DNA from: an uncultured Candidatus Saccharibacteria bacterium | Lineage (GTDB): Bacteria > Patescibacteriota > Minisyncoccia > Phycocordibacterales > CALRHW01 | Direction of reading: 5' to 3' | Assembly (NCBI GenBank): GCA_964390845.1 | Contig: CAYMIL010000003.1 | Coordinates: forward strand, 4,425 to 68,424 | Length of the DNA stretch: 64,000 nt | Part shown: one piece after another, positions 58,340 through 64,000 of the stretch | How positions within the stretch are numbered: position 1 is the first letter of the stretch | Layout of the letters: every line of letters starts with the position of its first letter | Made by a program: the position numbers and the translations under genes | The notes under the pieces: model-generated | What the model was told of the DNA's origin: nothing | Seen by the model: the letters and a program-made list of their open reading frames with translations, nothing else | Databases searched by the model: none

Positions 58340-59485
58340 ATGACAAAGCACACTCTTGATCGTTCTGGTTTGAGGACATGGATTGAGGTTGATACTCACG
58401 CACTCAAACACAACATTGCTTCTTTGCGTTCGGCTATTCCGTCGTCTGTAAAAATGATGGCTGTTACAAAGTCTAACGCATATGGTCATGGCCTCGTGGA
58501 ATTTTCTCAACACGCTGAAGCCTGCGGTGTGGACTGGATTGGTGTGGATTCTATTACAGAGGCAATCGCACTTCGAGAGGGTGGTATTAAGGCTCCAGTG
58601 TTTGTTTTGGGCTATACATTGCCAGAAATGTTGCCACGTGCCGCGGAGCACTCTATTAGTTTGAGTGTGTCGACCTTTGAAACACTGTCTGCTATCGCCG
58701 GCACATCTTTTTCAGAGAAACTTCGCATACATATTAAGGTTGATACGGGCATGCACCGACAGGGCTTTCAGGTTCATGAGATAGATCGTGTTCTTACAGC
58801 GCTTTCCGAGCTTGGGGACAACGTTATCGTCGAAGGTCTCTTTACTCATTTTGGCGCGGCAAAAAACCCGTCGTTTCAACAGCGAGTATTTGCGCAAATT
58901 ATGCAGTTTGAGCAGTGGGTGAAGGCGTTTTCTGGAGCAGGAATACACCCCCTCAAGCACGTTGCCGCAAGTGGTGGTGCAATTGCGTTTCCTAATTCCC
59001 ATTTTGATATGGTACGCATTGGTATTGCAATGTATGGCGTATATCCTTCAAAAGAAGTGTCTGCGTTTTCTCATCATACGCTCAACCTCAAGCCCGTGTT
59101 GTCGTGGCGAACGGTTATTGGAGAAACAAAGCGTGTTGCCAAGGGTGAGCGTGTCGGGTATGACTTTACAGAAGAGCTCACACGCGACTCCGTCCTTGCG
59201 GTGTGCCCCATTGGATACTGGCATGGCTATCCACGAGCGCTCTCGAGTATAGGTGTCGTGCTTGTTCGCGGCGCGCAGGCGCGTGTTGTTGGACGTGTAT
59301 CTATGGATATGATTGTTATTGATATTACCGACATTCCTGAGGTGTCTGTTGGCGATGTTGTAACCCTCATTGGTGCGGATGGAGACGAGTATATAGGAGC
59401 TGAGACTCTTGCCGACAAGATAGATATGTCTCCGTATGAGTTTATTACCCGTCTCAACCCCCTCATAAAACGCATCTACCGCTAG
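58340..59485 (+). CDS. alr: alanine racemase
   Basis: PLP-binding AVTKSNAYGHG motif. Confidence 0.9.
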   Translation: MTKHTLDRSGLRTWIEVDTHALKHNIASLRSAIPSSVKMMAVTKSNAYGHGLVEFSQHAEACGVDWIGVDSITEAIALREGGIKAPVFVLGYTLPEMLPRAAEHSISLSVSTFETLSAIAGTSFSEKLRIHIKVDTGMHRQGFQVHEIDRVLTALSELGDNVIVEGLFTHFGAAKNPSFQQRVFAQIMQFEQWVKAFSGAGIHPLKHVAASGGAIAFPNSHFDMVRIGIAMYGVYPSKEVSAFSHHTLNLKPVLSWRTVIGETKRVAKGERVGYDFTEELTRDSVLAVCPIGYWHGYPRALSSIGVVLVRGAQARVVGRVSMDMIVIDITDIPEVSVGDVVTLIGADGDEYIGAETLADKIDMSPYEFITRLNPLIKRIYR

Positions 59486-59523
59486 CGTTGCTTTTTAGGC
59501 CCTTTTCGGGTATAGTAGCACCC

Positions 59524-59682
59524 ATGTCACAAGATAGATTGATAAAACTTGTCTGCAAGGATTGTAAGCGGGCAAATTACCAGAGCAGTAAAAACAAAAA
59601 GCTTGTAGAGCGAAAGATTGAGCTCAACAAGTTCTGTTCATGGTGCAAAAAGCGAACAGCGCATAAGGAGGCCAAGAAATAA
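59524..59682 (+). CDS. rpmG: ribosomal protein L33
   Basis: C..C...Y...KNK...C..C zinc ribbon; 52 aa. Confidence 0.85.
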   Translation: MSQDRLIKLVCKDCKRANYQSSKNKKLVERKIELNKFCSWCKKRTAHKEAKK

Positions 59683-59706
59683 GCTCTGGCCCCTGTATAG
59701 TTCTTT

Positions 59707-59778
59707 GGGCCTATAGTTTCAATGGTAAAACGTCGGTCTCCAAAACCGTTGTTCCCCGTTCGAGTCGGGGTGGGCCCG
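59707..59778 (+). tRNA. tRNA-Trp (anticodon CCA)
   Basis: Acceptor GGGCCTA/TGGGCCC, D stem GTTT/AAAC, anticodon loop CUCCAAA, GTTCGAGTC T-loop. Confidence 0.85.
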
Positions 59779-59834
59779 CCGACCCTCGCAGGTCTGTGAT
59801 ATACTTATAAGCGTTACCAAGTAATAGAATTTTT

Positions 59835-60089
59835 ATGGCAAAACCAAATTCCGCCTTTATGAAGCCGCTCAATGTCAGTGCAGATCTCGCGGCAGTAGTA
59901 GGGAACGGTCCGATGCCTCGTTCTGAAGTCGTAAAGAAGCTCTGGGCATACATTAAAGAACACAATCTTCAGGACCCAAAGAACAAGCGAAACATCAATG
60001 CTGACGATAAGCTCAAGAAGGTTTTCGCAGGCAAGTCTGTCGTAAACATGTTTGAGATGACAAAGCTCGTTGCTGCGCACCTCTCATAA
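59835..60089 (+). CDS. SWIB/MDM2 domain protein
   Basis: KLWAYIKEHNLQDPKNKRNINADDKLKKVF...MFEMTKLVAAHL matches the SWIB fold. Confidence 0.7.
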   Translation: MAKPNSAFMKPLNVSADLAAVVGNGPMPRSEVVKKLWAYIKEHNLQDPKNKRNINADDKLKKVFAGKSVVNMFEMTKLVAAHLS

Positions 60090-60097
60090 TCTACAGC

Positions 60098-61018
60098 TTA
60101 CGAAGAAAGGAAAGAAGCGACTGCAGTATGCAGCGCTTTTTTCTTTGTGAGAGGAAACCACTGTATCCGCTTGTCTCGTTTAAACCATGTCATCTGGCGC
60201 TTTGCGTATTGTTTGGTTTCAGTTAGAAGGGCGTCGTGCATCTGAGCGCGGGTTATTGTGCCCTGTAGGTGAAGCGCGAGAAATCTGTACTCCAAACCAA
60301 GTGCGTGCATGCGTTTCCATGAAAGGCCTTGTGCGTGTAGGCGCCGTGCCTCAGCAATCATGCCCTTTTTAAGGCGTATATCGATGCGTTGTTCTATGGC
60401 GTTCGCGAGGGTGTCTTTGTCGGTAAGGATGCCGATCATGTAGGTGTTGTATGGAGATGTATGGTGGGTGCGAGGCACTACGCCAAGCGCCTCCACAATC
60501 TCAAGCGCGCGAATGAGACGTGGTTTGTTGTGTGGATCTATTGTTCCGGCGCGAGATGGGTCTTTGTGTTGAAGGAGAGAAAAAAGTTCTTCTGTCGTTT
60601 TCTTTTCGAGTTTGGTTCGTAGGGGTGGGTTTGGGGGTACGTCAGGAAGCGTGACGTCATCGATAAGCGTGTGTATATAAAATCCGGTTCCACCACAGAT
60701 GATTGGCACTTTCCCGCGAGAGAGAATGTCCGCAATAGCGGCGCTCCCCATGTTTTTAAATTGTGCAACGGTAAATGGTGAGCGTGATGTTGGGCTTGCG
60801 ACATCAAGAAGATGGTGTCGCACCCCGCGCATTTCAGAGCGAGTTATTTTCCCTGTACCAAGGTTGAGGCCTCGGTATACCTGGCGAGAGTCTGCGGATA
60901 TGATTTCGCCATTAAAAGCGCGCGCGAGCTCTACGGCGAGCGCGCTTTTTCCTGATGCCGTCGGGCCGACGATGGCAATAATCTTGGGCTTGTCGATGCC
61001 GGCAATATGTGTCGTCAT
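60098..61018 (-). CDS. miaA: tRNA dimethylallyltransferase
   Basis: P-loop GPTASGKS and IPP-transferase motifs. Confidence 0.9.
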   Translation of the reverse strand: MTTHIAGIDKPKIIAIVGPTASGKSALAVELARAFNGEIISADSRQVYRGLNLGTGKITRSEMRGVRHHLLDVASPTSRSPFTVAQFKNMGSAAIADILSRGKVPIICGGTGFYIHTLIDDVTLPDVPPNPPLRTKLEKKTTEELFSLLQHKDPSRAGTIDPHNKPRLIRALEIVEALGVVPRTHHTSPYNTYMIGILTDKDTLANAIEQRIDIRLKKGMIAEARRLHAQGLSWKRMHALGLEYRFLALHLQGTITRAQMHDALLTETKQYAKRQMTWFKRDKRIQWFPLTKKKALHTAVASFLSS

Positions 61019-61034
61019 ATAGAGAAATAGACTG

Positions 61035-61116
61035 TGCCGCGGGAGAGAATCGAACTCTCATGGATTGCTCCGCACGATTTTGAGTCGTGTGCGTCTACCA
61101 ATTCCGCCACCGCGGC
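61035..61116 (-). tRNA. tRNA-Leu (anticodon CAA), long variable arm
   Basis: Minus-strand cloverleaf: acceptor GCCGCGG/CCGCGGC, anticodon loop CUCAAAA, variable arm of about 14 nt, GTTCGATTC T-loop. Confidence 0.85.
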
Positions 61117-61192
61117 ATGAGATAGAGTGTACCTGTGTTTGCATGGAAAATCAATCATGGTGTGATAAAATTACTCCATACATTACACACAT

Positions 61193-62179
61193 ATGTCACA
61201 ATACTACAACGATTCCGTATTCTGGGTTGAGCTCGATAAAATCAAACCAAACCCATTTCAGCCACGTCGCGAGTTTGACCAAGCTCAGCTCCAAAGTCTC
61301 GCCGACTCTATTCGCCAGTACGGTGTGCTTCAAGCGCTTGTTGTAACACGAAAAGAAGTACCAAAGCCAGACGGTGGTCTTGCGGTGGAGTATGAGCTCA
61401 TCGCCGGAGAGCGTCGCCTGCGCGCTTCAAAGCTCGCAGGTCTTTCTCAGGTCCCTGTGCTCATCAAGACAGGCGACGACAGCGACCTTATGAAGCTTGA
61501 GCTCGCGATTATTGAAAACATTCAGCGTGAAGACCTCAACCCCGTTGACCGTGCTCGTGCGTTTGAACGCTTGGCTGTTGAATTTAAATTTAAGCACAAT
61601 GAGATTGCGCAAAAAGTAGGGAAGAGTCGTGAGTATGTGAGCAACACATTGCGCATTTTGTCATTGCCGTCAGATATTCTTGACGCTCTTTCTGCGGGGC
61701 GAATTTCTGAAGGACACACACGCCCACTCATGATGCTTGGCGATCGTCCCGAAGAGCAGTCTACGCTGTTTAAAGAAATCATGTACAAAAAACTCACGGT
61801 CCGTGAGGCAGAAATGATTTCTCGGAAAATTGCTTTTGATAAGGTGCGCAAGAAAGATTACACTGTTGACCCAGAGCTTATTGAACTTGAGGAGAAACTA
61901 TCACAATCGCTTGGTACGCGTGTGTCTATTGAGCGTCGCGACAACGGCGGGAAACTTTCTATAGATTTCTTTTCTAATGATGATTTGCGTACTATCTTAG
62001 ATATTATCAATTCCCGAAAAGCGGGAAGTGCTACCGAAATGCTCGACAAGCATATTGCAGAACACCCACAGAGCGCTCCAGAGCCAATCGTTACATCTGA
62101 CCTTGCTGATGACCGCTCAGTAGACGAGAAGAAGTCTGATGACGAGGACCTCTATTCGATCAAGAATTTCAGTCTTTAA
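61193..62179 (+). CDS. parB: ParB/Spo0J-like partition protein
   Basis: ParB box GERRLRA, HTH region and acidic C-terminal tail; no parA in the window. Confidence 0.85.
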   Translation: MSQYYNDSVFWVELDKIKPNPFQPRREFDQAQLQSLADSIRQYGVLQALVVTRKEVPKPDGGLAVEYELIAGERRLRASKLAGLSQVPVLIKTGDDSDLMKLELAIIENIQREDLNPVDRARAFERLAVEFKFKHNEIAQKVGKSREYVSNTLRILSLPSDILDALSAGRISEGHTRPLMMLGDRPEEQSTLFKEIMYKKLTVREAEMISRKIAFDKVRKKDYTVDPELIELEEKLSQSLGTRVSIERRDNGGKLSIDFFSNDDLRTILDIINSRKAGSATEMLDKHIAEHPQSAPEPIVTSDLADDRSVDEKKSDDEDLYSIKNFSL

Positions 62180-62185
62180 TTCCTT

Positions 62186-64000
62186 CTACTTCTTCTCCAG
62201 CTTATGTGGGTTGTGATTTGGACACGTCTTGTCTGAACATCTCTCTGGAATAGTTTTGGTGCCTTCCATCATGAGTGCTGGGCAGGGGCCAGTGTCGCGC
62301 ATGTATCCGCAGATGCGACCAGTTGGTTTTGCTTTAATAGCATATTTGCAATCAGGGTAATTGCTACAACTATAGAAAAGTCCAAAACGTCCGCGACGCT
62401 CTGTCATGAAGCCCTTCTGGCAGACAGGACACCCTACACCCGTCGAGTTTTGTTTTTCGAGCTCTGCGTCTTTTTTAATATATTTGCACTTTGGGTAATT
62501 GTTGCATGCGATAAAGCGACCAAACTTTCCGTCGCGCTCAACAAGCATTCCTTTTTCACAGTTCGGACATTTTTCACCAGTTTCTTTTGGTCCCTCGAGC
62601 TCTTTGCCATCTATGGTGCGTGCACCAGTACAATCTGGGAATTTTTCACAACTCATAAACTTTCCACTGCGACTGAGTTTGATAATCATTCCACTTCCAC
62701 AGACAGGGCATTTAAATTCACTTGGCGCTTTTCCAAGGTCTGTTGCTTTTGCTAGTTTTTCTTTTGCTTTTACGTCTTTAGCGAGTGGTTTGTAATATGC
62801 AGAAAGAGTTTTTTCATAATCAGCTTTACCTTGAGCAATTTCGTCGAGCTTGTCTTCCATTTCTGCAGTAAAAGAATCATTGATGTACTCCATGAAATTG
62901 TTTTCAAGGAATGAGCTTACAACATCACCTGTGTCTGTAGGCACAAGCGCTTTGTTTTGTTTTTCTACGTATCCACGATCAACAATTGTCTTGATAATAC
63001 TTGCGTATGTAGATGGGCGACCAATGCCACGCTTTTCAAGCTCTTTAACGAGACCTGCTTCGGAATATCGTGCTGGTGGTTGTGTTTCTTTTTGCTCAGT
63101 TTTTATATCAACAAGGGTGATGCTGTCGCCAACGCTGAGTTTTGGTAGCTCAACATCTTCTTGGCGCGCGGCAGGGTCTGCGGCATACCAACCGTCAGAA
63201 AGGATGCGGGATCCGTGAATTGCGAAATCGGGAATAGAGCCCGACGCGCCAATGTTTGCGGTTACTTTTGTACGAAGAGTGTTTGCATCCGCCATCTGTG
63301 ATGCAACCGTTCGTTTCCAGATAAGGCGATATAATTTTTTCTGTTCCTCAGTAAATCCTGCGTTTTCTCGTGCGAGACTTGTGGGGCGGATTGCTTCGTG
63401 TGCCTCCTGCGCGTTCTTACTCTTTTTGCTAAATGTACGGAATTGTAAATATTGCTTACCAAATTTTTGCTCAATGATGCTCGCAATCTGACCAAGTGCC
63501 ATTTTGCTGAGCGTAGTGCTATCTGTACGCATGTAGGTGATAAGACCTGCTTCGTAGAGTTTCTGGGCGATACCCATTGTCTTTGATGGAGCAAAACCGA
63601 GGCGTGAGCTTGCCGCTTGCTGGAGTGTCGACGTGATAAATGGCGGACGCGGTGAACGTTTCACCTCTGTTTCTTTCACATCAGTGATAGTCCATGAACC
63701 CGATTTTCCCGCTGAAATAATGTGGTCTACCTGTGTGCGCTCCGTTGGTTCCTCGACACACGTAAATGTGAGCGTGTGTTCCACGGGACTTTTTTTATGT
63801 TCCGGTGGGTACTCAAAATCTGCAGTGATTGTCCAAAATGTATGGGGTGTAAAGGCGCGGATTTCTCGCTCGCGCTCCATAATGATGCGAAGCGCTGGAG
63901 ACTGTACGCGTCCAGCAGATAGGCCGTATCGAACTTTTTTCCAGATAATGCCAGAGAGATCATAGCCAACAAGGCGGTCGAGTACACGGCGTGCCTCTTG
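62186..64000 (-). CDS. topA: DNA topoisomerase I, 5'-partial (continues beyond the window end)
   Basis: YMRTDST region and C-terminal C4 zinc ribbons; the frame upstream of the track ATG reads LSGIIWKKVRYGLSAGRVQSPALR and runs open to position 64000. Confidence 0.9.
   Translation of the reverse strand, partial: QEARRVLDRLVGYDLSGIIWKKVRYGLSAGRVQSPALRIIMEREREIRAFTPHTFWTITADFEYPPEHKKSPVEHTLTFTCVEEPTERTQVDHIISAGKSGSWTITDVKETEVKRSPRPPFITSTLQQAASSRLGFAPSKTMGIAQKLYEAGLITYMRTDSTTLSKMALGQIASIIEQKFGKQYLQFRTFSKKSKNAQEAHEAIRPTSLARENAGFTEEQKKLYRLIWKRTVASQMADANTLRTKVTANIGASGSIPDFAIHGSRILSDGWYAADPAARQEDVELPKLSVGDSITLVDIKTEQKETQPPARYSEAGLVKELEKRGIGRPSTYASIIKTIVDRGYVEKQNKALVPTDTGDVVSSFLENNFMEYINDSFTAEMEDKLDEIAQGKADYEKTLSAYYKPLAKDVKAKEKLAKATDLGKAPSEFKCPVCGSGMIIKLSRSGKFMSCEKFPDCTGARTIDGKELEGPKETGEKCPNCEKGMLVERDGKFGRFIACNNYPKCKYIKKDAELEKQNSTGVGCPVCQKGFMTERRGRFGLFYSCSNYPDCKYAIKAKPTGRICGYMRDTGPCPALMMEGTKTIPERCSDKTCPNHNPHKLEKK

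Overview
This 64-kb window looks like a streamlined, gene-dense bacterial chromosome. Most genes are short and many overlap their neighbours. The gene content is largely housekeeping: pyrG, cmk, metG, aspS, rnj, secG, groES/groEL, htpX, def, nrdAB, gap, a pentose-phosphate block (rpiB-rpe-split transketolase), pfkB, fba, rplY, rpmE, prfA, rpsB, tsf, pheST, gyrB, alr, rpmG, miaA, parB and a partial topA, plus seven tRNAs. The split transketolase, an AspRS without the GAD insertion, and short PheS/PheT/EF-Ts suggest a reduced-genome lineage, possibly of the Patescibacteria/CPR type, but that is inference only. The most notable non-coding feature is a textbook T-box antiterminator/terminator leader directly upstream of aspS. 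Its Stem I is unusually short and the candidate Asp specifier GAC sits in an apical loop. The window is compositionally mosaic. Against an AT-leaning background there are several short, visibly GC-rich single-gene islands, each with its own SD and hairpin terminator. They include a secreted Cys-rich protein, several hypothetical proteins, a block flanking tRNA-Ser that contains def, and cmk. A winged-helix/Nudix fusion regulator candidate, a peptidoglycan-binding protein with three acidic tandem repeats, and a processive GT2 glycosyltransferase with a membrane partner are also worth a look. No CRISPR array, IS element or rRNA was seen.
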